A stretch of 64,000 nt of DNA from a virus (taxonomy: Duplodnaviria; Heunggongvirae; Uroviricota; Caudoviricetes), in the IMG/VR virus record IMGVR_UViG_3300023174_000034; one strand, given 5' to 3'. Under the pieces are notes generated by a model. The model saw only the letters and a program-made list of their open reading frames with translations. It searched no databases and had not been told where the DNA came from. Within the stretch, counting starts at the first letter, position 1. Each line of letters opens with the position of its first letter. Of this stretch, positions 12,001-18,230 are shown piece by piece. A program made the translations under genes and the position numbers.

Positions 12001-14255
12001 TAACTGGTTCCTCGAGAGTCGATTCGTATGTAGTCAACTTGCTTGAATGGACGATATACAATATCAAGCCCAGCAGGAGTAACGTAATCCGTATTGATTT
12101 TGATATATGGATCAGCAACATAATTCACGCCAGAGTAACTAACAACAACGTTGGATACACCGGTTGATTTCAATACAACGTTACCTGTAGCAGTCATAGT
12201 ACCAATGCCAGGCAGTGGTGCTGTGAATGTCACACTAGGTACAAAATTGTACGCTAGATTTGAAGTGATACGAGCGCCACTGACTGTGTAAATTGGCAAG
12301 TCTTGGGTGCTGGTACTGACCAAGTGCAACACTGTGCCAACATCAGTTGTGATTTCTTCCACTCGATAGATTCTTCTGCGAACTTCCGGATCAGCATCAT
12401 TTGCAAAAATAATACGTGTGCCTGGAGTAAGTTCTCGGGTGATACCATTGGGCATTTGAACAATGTATTTGTTCTTGCCTTCTACTTCTTGGAATGCATC
12501 AGTCACAACAAAATCAAGAATATCAATTGGACTCTTGGCCTGGCGACCATAATCAAACAAATAAATGTCTGGGTCAAATTCAATGATCGGACGTTTTCCA
12601 CGCTGAACGCCAGTTAAATCAAGCAGTAACGGATCTTCACGGTACTGTGCGGCTAGTTCAACGGTTTGAATATGGAACCAACGATTACTACGGCTCCAGC
12701 CGTTTAGGTCACGACTGGCACGATTGATCGTGATGTAGTCAGGCTCTGTCAGGCGTGATGTATTTGCATACTGCTCAGGTACACTGAAATTACCGATGTT
12801 AATCAGTTTGATTGCAGTACCAACGCCTTCAACAATATATGCATTGCCTGCATAACGAGCAGGAACGATTGTGTTATCGAATCGTACATGTAGTCCGTTG
12901 GTGAATTTAACTTTGTTCGGACTTGTGTAGTTGATCTTATTCAGGATGTCGGCGACAACATCAATTGATGCTGTGCCAGGCTCTACCAAACGAATAATAC
13001 CAAAGAAATCTGGATTGCTATCGTCTTGATAATATAACTCTGTCAACGGTGCAGTAACTGGCTCAAGTTCTTGAAAGTATCCATTTGGTGCTTTGATAAA
13101 CTCTACGTTTGCGTATTGTGTGCCAGCACGTACATATACTTTTTCACCAATGGCAATTTCTGTTGTGGGAACTAGTTTAATCAGTTGACGGCCATTGCCA
13201 GCATCAACGGTGTCGATACGGAACACACCAAAACGACTCTGCGATGGTACAGTAGTGCCATATTCAAAACCTTCGCCGGTGTAATCAAAACTGCCAGTTG
13301 CACCAGTAGTACTGCCTGTGTCAAAGTTGCCAGGGTCTGTCCACTGGTCTGCAACAGAGTCTTGATTCAAGAAGATAATTGTTTTGCCATTGAGGCCTTC
13401 GCTGACACCATCAAAGCCGCCAATGTTTTTAATAACATTGTTCAAATGACTCTGCACTTGGTTGTAGCTGAGTGTGGTTGCAAAATCCACTGTGGCGGCC
13501 AATTGAGCACGAGTTGCACTACCTTGAGCATCTGTCGTGGGCACTGTAAATTCAATCGTACCATTGTCAATGCCGTTGTTTCGCAAACCATAAATTTGTC
13601 GATTTAATATTTCTGATGCCACGCTGGATGTACCAGTTACCCCTGGGCGAATCTGAATCCAGAATGGATTGTTGGCTTGGTTAACACGGAACTTGTATGT
13701 TGTTCCTTTGACCAATGTAATGATAGGATTACGGTCAGTTCCAAATTCTGTAAACTGGTAACTTTGACTTGCACTAGAACGAGTAACATTATATTCTAAC
13801 GCAATATCAACAGTTGATGCTGTTACTGTGACTTCAGGTGGACCGTCGGGCAACCATAGGTATTGTGTGAAGTTAACAAATTTATCAAAATCAAACACCC
13901 CATCAAAACTGTAACTTTGATTTGTAAACAAACGACTATGGTCATTTGTGAAACCACCGTAGTATGCAATCTGTTGCAACAGGTCTTGATAGTTTGCATA
14001 AAAGCTAGTCTTGCCTTGCCCTGCATCAACAATGGTGCCTGCCTCAACTTGATAGTTCTGACGTTCAGTGCTGATCTCTGTTACGTATGTGTCTCCAGTT
14101 TTCCATGTGGGAGTGTCTTGTCGACCAACATACGAATCAAGGCGCACTGAAGAATCTGCTTCACTGACCAATTGGTCAATAGTTGCCGCCAAGAACTTAC
14201 GGTTAGAATCGCTTCTAAATATCTCGGGTAAGTAGTTAATGCTTTTGGTTACCAT
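3..14255 (-). CDS. Giant virion/baseplate structural protein (>4,750 aa, C-terminus beyond left edge); baseplate-wedge gp7-like position, with GxGY repeat modules and FG-GAP repeats
   Basis: ATG at 14255 (MVTKSINYLPEIFRSDSNRKFLAATIDQLV...) lies 10 nt after the gp6-like stop. Spot translations at 14255, ~4900, ~3130, ~1230 and 3-60 are all in the same open frame. The ORF track lists no long minus ORF here, consistent with no stop before the window edge. Confidence 0.88.
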   Translation of the reverse strand, partial: MVTKSINYLPEIFRSDSNRKFLAATIDQLVSEADSSVRLDSYVGRQDTPTWKTGDTYVTEISTERQNYQVEAGTIVDAGQGKTSFYANYQDLLQQIAYYGGFTNDHSRLFTNQSYSFDGVFDFDKFVNFTQYLWLPDGPPEVTVTASTVDIALEYNVTRSSASQSYQFTEFGTDRNPIITLVKGTTYKFRVNQANNPFWIQIRPGVTGTSSVASEILNRQIYGLRNNGIDNGTIEFTVPTTDAQGSATRAQLAATVDFATTLSYNQVQSHLNNVIKNIGGFDGVSEGLNGKTIIFLNQDSVADQWTDPGNFDTGSTTGATGSFDYTGEGFEYGTTVPSQSRFGVFRIDTVDAGNGRQLIKLVPTTEIAIGEKVYVRAGTQYANVEFIKAPNGYFQELEPVTAPLTELYYQDDSNPDFFGIIRLVEPGTASIDVVADILNKINYTSPNKVKFTNGLHVRFDNTIVPARYAGNAYIVEGVGTAIKLINIGNFSVPEQYANTSRLTEPDYITINRASRDLNGWSRSNRWFHIQTVELAAQYREDPLLLDLTGVQRGKRPIIEFDPDIYLFDYGRQAKSPIDILDFVVTDAFQEVEGKNKYIVQMPNGITRELTPGTRIIFANDADPEVRRRIYRVEEITTDVGTVLHLVSTSTQDLPIYTVSGARITSNLAYNFVPSVTFTAPLPGIGTMTATGNVVLKSTGVSNVVVSYSGVNYVADPYIKINTDYVTPAGLDIVYRPFKQVDYIRIDSRGTSYSYAANVVLSNPNEYWATVTNAQISTTGLTFEIAAGNIPNPVVTKALATTSGNLNITFSNVGLGYFQSNVTATISAPTTPAGVTATVNYVYLHANGAIKSISLLNPGSGYLTNPTLTISTTGNTYAASTGNIGTVASTSTTLWDYLVPGMQIIANGIIGGSIITAVDNGANLVTINAPAVIANRSLETPVFGISAVEAGDIWTFKSNVDAGTYATVQTTVIDHTVITVDDTGMLDVGMAVCGGLQPIEISNIVITAVPTRIITATEHNLQNGDLVYVRDVLGTTDLNYARFYVYRVSETAIELYSDAGLTTGNEQDSRNYGDYISGGTLTAYTIDYGLTTVNRVISSTQFETTRTVRVKPGTKLVFGGVTAQAFARSDNNSIYNITVTNPGSGYTTAPNVAVWYNGSGNPATATAITNDDIISYINVTTNGNGYAISSGITVDVVSGLELTTSQTVTHGTDILYFANSDDLIPVQPGWLVFLITAVNGDEIYTDFGQTPYATTDTTGPYDADYRFFMDVSKTNAQILTVDSIDSDRLILSNVIDSLDSDGEQIDLPAGSRIFVTAQNRFFTTDGRGSGARVAGNTKTGFLLVNEVLEGTVVTLNSVLGIQPGMVFQTLADTLLADIRVTAVDSYINRITLSRAVTLPSATPVKLSNNAVMSVELEQAEIDYIAISDEGAGYASAPVATIQPRYPSVTLLATCLGTPGLVNYKDINDRTLDVFYPGNRVLAVSSFTDIVVGSKITSSFDSNGIGITTGADIPVVVGFVYEQTASNTFEARVIVDIDQSAFVDVEVIFTLAAEALSLINLENSAIDVNDTTPETYEAGDTVLVNTPANKTQTATNIVAYNQYYFNGTEWLPAQQKSNINQEPLFDAFNTDGYSAADATAYPGSKFFGTKIFGYRVGTGTQDPVLKFPLVYKNFNNVGDIEFSNYFQNESFNYLNGFNEDTVAISNFVLKQKTDAGFKLKNIWTQITEDSKQYQSITSEFDGTTNYFEIDVTPLESKTIPYLKVYVAGKRVPETAYTVDQYGGRRAVVINSNYLTTGDLVVVKVYSKQQSVLGRYDTPINLDYNPLNSSFNFLTLGQIRNHLVAQTDNNYGVVGQALGSNNLRDLNTKSWQGSILQHASSMSMPSLFMIDKDLDIVQATEYAQREYVKFKNRFLDQAGKIQVNVKDIPGSVDTIMSSIMLGKSSMAPWYDSDMLMWGSKFKTKTTLPVLNTRQRTYLIPNTFDPTVLSRRSVLVYLKDTTDSTYRQLIIGIDYTFATDISSIVIADHVVLKYTTQFDIVDCTNTTECYVPETPTKLGLYPKFIPTMLLDTTYRVPTQVIQGHDGSLTPAFGDYRDQLLMELELRIYNNIKVNYDDTLLEIFNTLPGHYRSSDYTRNEFDQLLTRSFLSWIGTNKLDYSENKWFNPNDPWSWNYKGFTDLQGNELPGYWRGIYKQYYDTDRPHYAPWEMLGFSQQPSWWEGAYGPAPYTSGNKVLWEDLEAGRILQGARAGIDTRFARPGLSKIVPVDYNGNLIEPVKLLVANFNADDTSLSFAIGDHGPVETAWRRSSNYPYAVQIAMMLARPAFYIGTLFDNSRYKYDTEIGQIVYSGTRQRLTPNSLLVPNIGLGTATPVLTAGYANWVRDYLKYKGIDSASKLSDSLTKLDVRLNYRVAGFTDKKMLEVIAEQSSPGGSGRNIVVPDENYRVYLNKSTPIKRLTYSAVIVEKTDRGYKVGGYDASRPYFTVVPSEPNNNSYTLTEVNQSVAVYKDYKLLKLAVPYGTEFTNLQQIADFFVSYSRYLRSIGFVFSDVDPDLGITRDWDLSIRELLTWVQQGWRTGSVIILSPIGSKITVVSENGVVDNISNKSDGNRLLDQNFSLIRHGEYSVTRDNGVFTATALYNKMIALADLTLVSYEHVLIFDNTTVFNDVIYQPELGNRQYRLRLIGYKSGNWNGQLNAPGYIYNDETVADWVQNASYNLGSLVAYKDKYYMALQRVPESTQFDFTYWRPIDKDQIKTGLLTNFSNAANSFRGFYDPDQMNRNEIFDQYSNGLIGFRNRDYLQDLGIDRTSQLKFYQGYIKQKGTKNAITSLTAGQFDRVSSEVSYYEEWALRVGEYGATGSDQFIEVTLDEQQFTEDPSTIVLSNLGESDVSGAINFNPRTIYRTSEEIYSKNIVKARSDYRPRISDNVTAGYPRIDDIDGTMYDIANYQNYFGLVANLGSGYKLWVAVDTDKMWNIYRATETDILLVSITRVTPTTLLFVFDKPHVTSPGEFVVVKNFNDNSFDGFYRVITVEDGLSITVTGYRGLSFFQQVSTATGSGVYLRMKSVRFASVSNIIDFTPPHGWRDKDRVWIDNDTATDVWGVFEKTDGWAFNQVLPLRLGEDRYQEGYGAEVKLSVDNQLILAGTPRFTTGSLLGLRVINPGANYESPAVRISYPTGPTGQLAQFTALKDTGTLVLANLITSGYGYTFAPNVTVVDQYTTVTTAETLTDEYLFLSAGDMGRVYLGDYISGRGIPDESQVVDITEAQFKIKIDGPPVPTFSSATSMTAGLGEKTFVTSVTANSTSIVPDQGIRIYKTNDNTVYMEGYVVSFVDQTLVVNVEILFGSGSSTSWLVTTALSVRSGTQVTFSRGLAGGVRARLTPTTIDYIQVVDGGSGFTINPQIDIVGGGGTGARAVAAISGGVIQSVTVTNAGSGYYETPEITLLTNNATPVDLRVKLKSTTVANLIISDKGQDYREPVLVIQADTRDRGIDAAATLNFYGNGGVSSVTVTNRGKSYGNTSIITIENSVSGSGFLGNVNVYANGAVGNVSVYTTGSGYATATATANIYYGGGSGATGNIGHTVDGIGDFISGTVLSYGQGYLVPPTVEVVDLSGSGSGAIVEAIMPTGQVKTFLRPNQTLTGVEETQLIKPFNSDAREFGYSIDLGTTLAAIGAPGTYAEQGGVLVSQTLGSQWISYQMLFPPTLEPGDRFGHSVAISDDQQWIYVGAPGANKVYAYGKRTQAYQRVTLTPVLNQLTYSTNLTGLRSAQELKVLGSSGKIYEPNFDYTVDSIGSIYWADYARIASQDKIYITRQRLQTNIIPTVIRNLTQRTYQLASRPETIDQLLVYGATGRVFVPNKEYTVIGSNLIFLDDSFLTEPSIVANQRDVFYQLVETIVPTDAINADANFGWSVKIDKGGYRLLVGAPDMDEENADLETIPSAGRAYVFSRSYEVILSIGTLSVFTLEAVRSVLSVSLDSILLAENVDYIIEGSSVVFTVAPRNGAKIKIDTNFFNIIQVIPCPSIVNLGRFGYSVDIAPDNTSFAIGSPGYRDDDYYNGTVYRYVNKGLFYGTATTEKTFLDVALTLGDTIKVNDRTVTFNEIVPGLINNVSAVYGSVSTKVSFTPNVGLVVGDTLVGPDIPEAFQVKFVEWADTTLPLVANVIVSAPVTITAGDALSFVRAGDNLSKIARNFEQGGLVAVDTAVVDGLLKITIGDQYALTRLDILPGTGTALDGLGLKIYELTQTLQHPRYGVPERFGTKVAIDDTGKTVLIASEGGNTLKTSTFDNETTLFDKDTTRFIDSLNASGAVYVYDYLNPPGETLANPGKLLYNQVLQNAYVLTGDNFGSSVDINNGWALVGAENSSYHSTLAGATHLFINDGNVKGWGRLRERGEEIDIDYINKGLIYDKKKQVNLKDLDYFDPAKGKILGIADQDLDYKSSYDPAQYNRGSLATVTIATDSSWGEMQETQTWWDLSLARYINYEQGPINYRSNRWGQLFPDSMIQVCEWVGSNYLPSDYAAEVGDGQAKYSDNSAYVENTYFDIQSGLIKTKYYYWVINKQSIDTTKTRRTNSVVTLERLITNPQAQGIPYFAAIANNAFNLYNVKNSLNSDRTIFRVEYSRVLGDIISHNEYELIQQGSNNSEIPSKLISKLIDSLSGENSTGSVVPDLKLSDADAYGINNLPRQSMIKNSTGAVQVFVTFVNNVLATKKITYTKNFARLLKQEPVPVAGTGYYNTSVDTVEQLQYIPSSELFV

Positions 14256-14265
14256 GCTCTAATCT

Positions 14266-17200
14266 TTATAGTTGTACTGCGGTAATAGCTGTGATGATTT
14301 CAACGTCGTCTACGGTTGCACAGCTGATTGTAATTTCGTCAGGCTCTGCGTTAATTTGATATAAGCTACCAAAAATTAGTTGTGTGCTTTTTGGAACAAT
14401 AACAATACTACTAATCTTGGTTGTTAATTCTGCATGTAAGTATGCGCTCAATTCACTGAAGTAAAATGTTTCACCAAAGTCCCAGTTGTTGATGTCAAAA
14501 TATGCATTCACTGCGGTAATGACAGCTACTTTGACGTCGTTGTCACTGATGACAACTTCAGCGTTTTTAACAACTTTGAATGTGGCACGAAGTGCTTCGT
14601 CGGCTTTGCTACCAAACACCAGTTTGAAACGACCAGTGTTGTAAATGATAGTATCGCTTATGGTTTTGTAATTTTCTAGCTCGCCGTATGCCAAACGCAA
14701 CTGTTCGACATCAGTTTCAACCGGTTGAGAAATTTTACCGCTGTTGTCTCTGATCCAGGCCTGGTAATCTGTAGCATAGGCTTTTGTAAGGATATACAAG
14801 TCAACAATGTTGTTTGGACTTGGATCAATACGTCGGTTGGCTGGACTTGTGTGTCGGTATTGGAAATACAAGCCTCGACGACCATACAACCACAAATACT
14901 TTTCACTGTTGGCGCTACCAGTCAATGTGCGTGTTTCAACACCACGTGTGGCAACCACAGACAAGTCATAAAATGTATTTTCATCTGTTGCATAAAAAAT
15001 TTGTCCGTCTTCGTACAAGTTATATGCCTGAACAATATCACCCTGTGAAGCATACGCTACACTGACCAATACGCTGTCCAATGGCACATATTGCACAAAG
15101 TTATTGCTATTGTATGTTTTCTGAAAGTAAACGTACTTGTTGTAGTTGGTATTAACCGCAGGATTAACCAGTTCTTCAAATACGTCAGGGTTATCTGGCA
15201 CACCGTCGCGGTTGCTGTCGGCAAATTTGACAAGTATCTTGTTTGTGTTTTCGCGACCGTCTGGATCCACAATCATCTTGTGTATAAACCAAGGCTTGTC
15301 TTCATACAATGCAGTATTACCGTCCGGTACACTATTGGAACGCAATATTTTAATTTGATCGCTTAGTGTGGTTGCGCTCTTGCTGTCGTACACTCGTACC
15401 TTAGGATCAAAATAAAATTTAGTTTCTTGTTCGCTCTGGAACACGTAGTCAATTTGTCTATAATAAATGGTGTAACCGAATGTTCCCGACACAAATGCCA
15501 TTAGCCAAGAGCTATCCAACGAGCTTGAAGTTGTATCTCCTGTGTAGGTTTCACTGTATTCGGCATTGTAACCATCTGTGTTAATCAACACTGAGTTAGT
15601 TTGTTTTAATTTCAAATCTTGTGGTTGGATCAATGCCCATTCTTGATTGACTTGGTCAAAACGTATGCCAAAGTTTTTCTTACTGTTAATCAATGTAACC
15701 GCACTACGCAAAACAGTTTGTGGAATTACATTGTAAATTTTAGGAATGATTTCTTCAATGTACGACCCGGTCGGCACAAAGGTGCTCAGTGTGATAGGTC
15801 CGGAGTCTACAATAGTTAAAACGCCAGCACCAGTGCCATCGCCACTTACGTTGACAACTGTTGCGTAAATGTAAGAGCGGTCGCCTGTGTTAGTTGGTGT
15901 ACCGAGTGTGATTTCGCCAGCGGCATTGAAATAACTAACACCTGCCGCCTCAGACGCACGGAATTTAATAATACTCCCTACCTTTATGAAACGCAAAGCA
16001 TTCGAACTGGCATCACCAACTTTGAGTGCTGGCAGTGCCAAGGTATTTGCCAGTTGAACACCAGTGGCTGTGTTGATGGTATCTATATAATTTGATTTTA
16101 GTGTGACAAAGCCAGTACACTGGCCAGTACTGATAGTCATTTGCTGCCAGACACCATCAAAGTTTGAACCATTGATAGCAATATTTTGGGTGTCGAAGCG
16201 TGGTAACTTGGCGTAAACAAATTGTGTAAATGGAATATATCCATCTGTCAACAAGGTGTTGTTTACTGTTTCGTTCAGTTGGCCAACGATGTCGCCGCTC
16301 ACTCCCGGAACAAAGTCGATACTATTGATTACTTCATTGCGATACAAAATACCATCTTGTGCAAAGATGTTTGTGCTTGAATACTTGCCTGTGATGTCAA
16401 TGGTGTCTAGGTATCGACTGATACCAGAGCTGGAACGGTTGGTACTCTTTATTTTAAGAATACTATTAAATTTAGTGAATGGCAGGATGTTGTAGTCCTC
16501 GCCAGTGATCATACGATTCTGTGTATAGTACTGTTGCGGTGCCTTGGTTTTGATCTCAGTAAGGGTTTCACGTGCTGACGCATTGTTCACTGTGTAGTAC
16601 AAGCTGCCGCGAATGTTCAGTGTTTCTGTACGACCATTACGGCTTACATAGTTGATGGGAATTAAAATGTTTTGCATTTCCACTGGGGAAATTTTGTAGT
16701 TTAATCCGTTGCTCACACGATAGAAGAAACGAAAGTTACCGCTTGGTATGTTTGCAAATGCACCGTCACCAAATACCAGATCAATTTGATCGCCTGCACG
16801 AGTATTAACTTGATATAGATTACGTTCGGTGCCGGTGTTGTACACAACGTTCACCCCAACAACGTTATCAACCTTGCTCCATAATTGTATATAGTTGCCT
16901 GCGTCGTCAACTTGATATAACCAGCAGTCTTCATTGTTGATATTATCAATCTGGATGCTGACCACGCGGTTAGGAAGTTTCTGGTCCAGTGAAAAGTCTA
17001 GGTTACGCAACTCGCCTTGCTTGAAATAAACAAACCAACCAGTGTTGGTTGAATCGTTGCCAAGGTTATCATTACGATATAAAATGTTAAAAATGCTTTG
17101 CGGACGTGGTTCACGTTCGTAAATATATTCTTGATTTACTGCGGTTGGGCTGACTGCTTCAAAACGCATGACTGTGTTTTCAACAGAAGTGCTGTAGCTG

Positions 17201-17796
17201 AATGTGGGCAACACACTATTTAGAATGTTGATGCTGTACTCATCTGTTGTGATGCCGCTGATACTTGATGAGTTGCCCGGTTTACCAACCACCTGACTGT
17301 CGATCAATGCTGAGTTAAAAATCAAACTCATTTGTTCAAGCCAGTTGTCATTTCCTGGATCGTTCCAGGTTACCGGAATGTTACCCAAACTGATACCGTT
17401 GCTATCAGTCAGGCTTTCTGTTGTGGTCACTGCTTCTACCCGTAAAAAACCACTGGAGCTTACATTTCTTTTTGGAACATAGCTGACTAGTCTTGCTAGG
17501 CGTAGTACACTGTCGCGGCGTTCTGCGGTGTCAATAAAATTCTCACGTGCATTCAAATCAGCACGGAAAGCTAGTGATTGCCCTAAAAATGCAATCAAGT
17601 CAATCAGGGCCACATATTCGCTAGACTCAATAAAGTCATTGAAATCTTCAGGATAGTAGGTCCTTAGATAATCAATCATGCTCTTACGCAGGGTTTCAAA
17701 GTCGTAGCTTTGGAAATCAGCGTTCTGGAAGCTTTGATATACTTTCTTCCAATCCTGTTGGACCAGCAAGTTTGTTTGTCTAGTAGTAGCGGCCAT
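14266..17796 (-). CDS. gp6: Baseplate wedge subunit, T4 gp6-like
   Basis: N-terminal DFQSYDFETLRKSMIDYLR...FNDFIESS...LAFRADLNARENFIDTAERRDSVLRLA, a central FGDG motif and KAPQQYYTQNRMITGEDY are typical of gp6/baseplate J; adjacent to gp25. Confidence 0.88.
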   Translation of the reverse strand: MAATTRQTNLLVQQDWKKVYQSFQNADFQSYDFETLRKSMIDYLRTYYPEDFNDFIESSEYVALIDLIAFLGQSLAFRADLNARENFIDTAERRDSVLRLARLVSYVPKRNVSSSGFLRVEAVTTTESLTDSNGISLGNIPVTWNDPGNDNWLEQMSLIFNSALIDSQVVGKPGNSSSISGITTDEYSINILNSVLPTFSYSTSVENTVMRFEAVSPTAVNQEYIYEREPRPQSIFNILYRNDNLGNDSTNTGWFVYFKQGELRNLDFSLDQKLPNRVVSIQIDNINNEDCWLYQVDDAGNYIQLWSKVDNVVGVNVVYNTGTERNLYQVNTRAGDQIDLVFGDGAFANIPSGNFRFFYRVSNGLNYKISPVEMQNILIPINYVSRNGRTETLNIRGSLYYTVNNASARETLTEIKTKAPQQYYTQNRMITGEDYNILPFTKFNSILKIKSTNRSSSGISRYLDTIDITGKYSSTNIFAQDGILYRNEVINSIDFVPGVSGDIVGQLNETVNNTLLTDGYIPFTQFVYAKLPRFDTQNIAINGSNFDGVWQQMTISTGQCTGFVTLKSNYIDTINTATGVQLANTLALPALKVGDASSNALRFIKVGSIIKFRASEAAGVSYFNAAGEITLGTPTNTGDRSYIYATVVNVSGDGTGAGVLTIVDSGPITLSTFVPTGSYIEEIIPKIYNVIPQTVLRSAVTLINSKKNFGIRFDQVNQEWALIQPQDLKLKQTNSVLINTDGYNAEYSETYTGDTTSSSLDSSWLMAFVSGTFGYTIYYRQIDYVFQSEQETKFYFDPKVRVYDSKSATTLSDQIKILRSNSVPDGNTALYEDKPWFIHKMIVDPDGRENTNKILVKFADSNRDGVPDNPDVFEELVNPAVNTNYNKYVYFQKTYNSNNFVQYVPLDSVLVSVAYASQGDIVQAYNLYEDGQIFYATDENTFYDLSVVATRGVETRTLTGSANSEKYLWLYGRRGLYFQYRHTSPANRRIDPSPNNIVDLYILTKAYATDYQAWIRDNSGKISQPVETDVEQLRLAYGELENYKTISDTIIYNTGRFKLVFGSKADEALRATFKVVKNAEVVISDNDVKVAVITAVNAYFDINNWDFGETFYFSELSAYLHAELTTKISSIVIVPKSTQLIFGSLYQINAEPDEITISCATVDDVEIITAITAVQL

Positions 17797-17818
17797 CTGT
17801 TATTTTTCCCAGTTTGTG

Positions 17819-17824
17819 TATTTA
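17819..17824 (-). promoter_or_regulatory. Late promoter (TAAATA) upstream of gp6
   Basis: TAAATA about 23 nt before ATG 17796. Confidence 0.6.
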
Positions 17825-17849
17825 CCAGATTGTAAAACTGGTATTATTA

Positions 17850-18221
17850 TCACACTTTAGTAAGAGTCTGACTGTCTCGATTAAATTGCAAGGTCATTTT
17901 GTCAATTTCGTTTGTGGCTAAAAAACGCACAGCAATACTCAAATTGATGCCATGTTCGTACTCGTCCACCACAACTTGTTCTAGCACAAGTCTAGGGTCG
18001 TAGGAGCAAATCAAGCGCACTTCTTCCGTTAATGCTTCTTTGATCTCACTGTTAAACGGCTCAAAGATTATATCCCAAATGCTTGTGCCAAAATTTGGAT
18101 TCATTAGTTTTTCGCCTTTGCGAATATTGAAATGATTAAACAAGTCTTGTTTGACTATTTCGTAGTCGCCGACTGCAAAACGCTTGGTTCGATTGTACGT
18201 ACTAAAGCCTTTGTATAACAT
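17850..18221 (-). CDS. gp25: Baseplate wedge subunit, gp25/GPW family
   Basis: IVKQDLFNHFNIRKGEKLMNPNFGTSIWDIIFEP...YDPRL is the gp25 signature; 123 aa. Confidence 0.92.
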   Translation of the reverse strand: MLYKGFSTYNRTKRFAVGDYEIVKQDLFNHFNIRKGEKLMNPNFGTSIWDIIFEPFNSEIKEALTEEVRLICSYDPRLVLEQVVVDEYEHGINLSIAVRFLATNEIDKMTLQFNRDSQTLTKV

Positions 18222-18230
18222 GATTTTTCC

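Noticed and set aside
507-14150. Many short ORFs in the track across the left 14 kb
   Set aside because: They are shadow ORFs, mostly antisense to the giant minus-strand gene, with no RBS or recognisable motifs.
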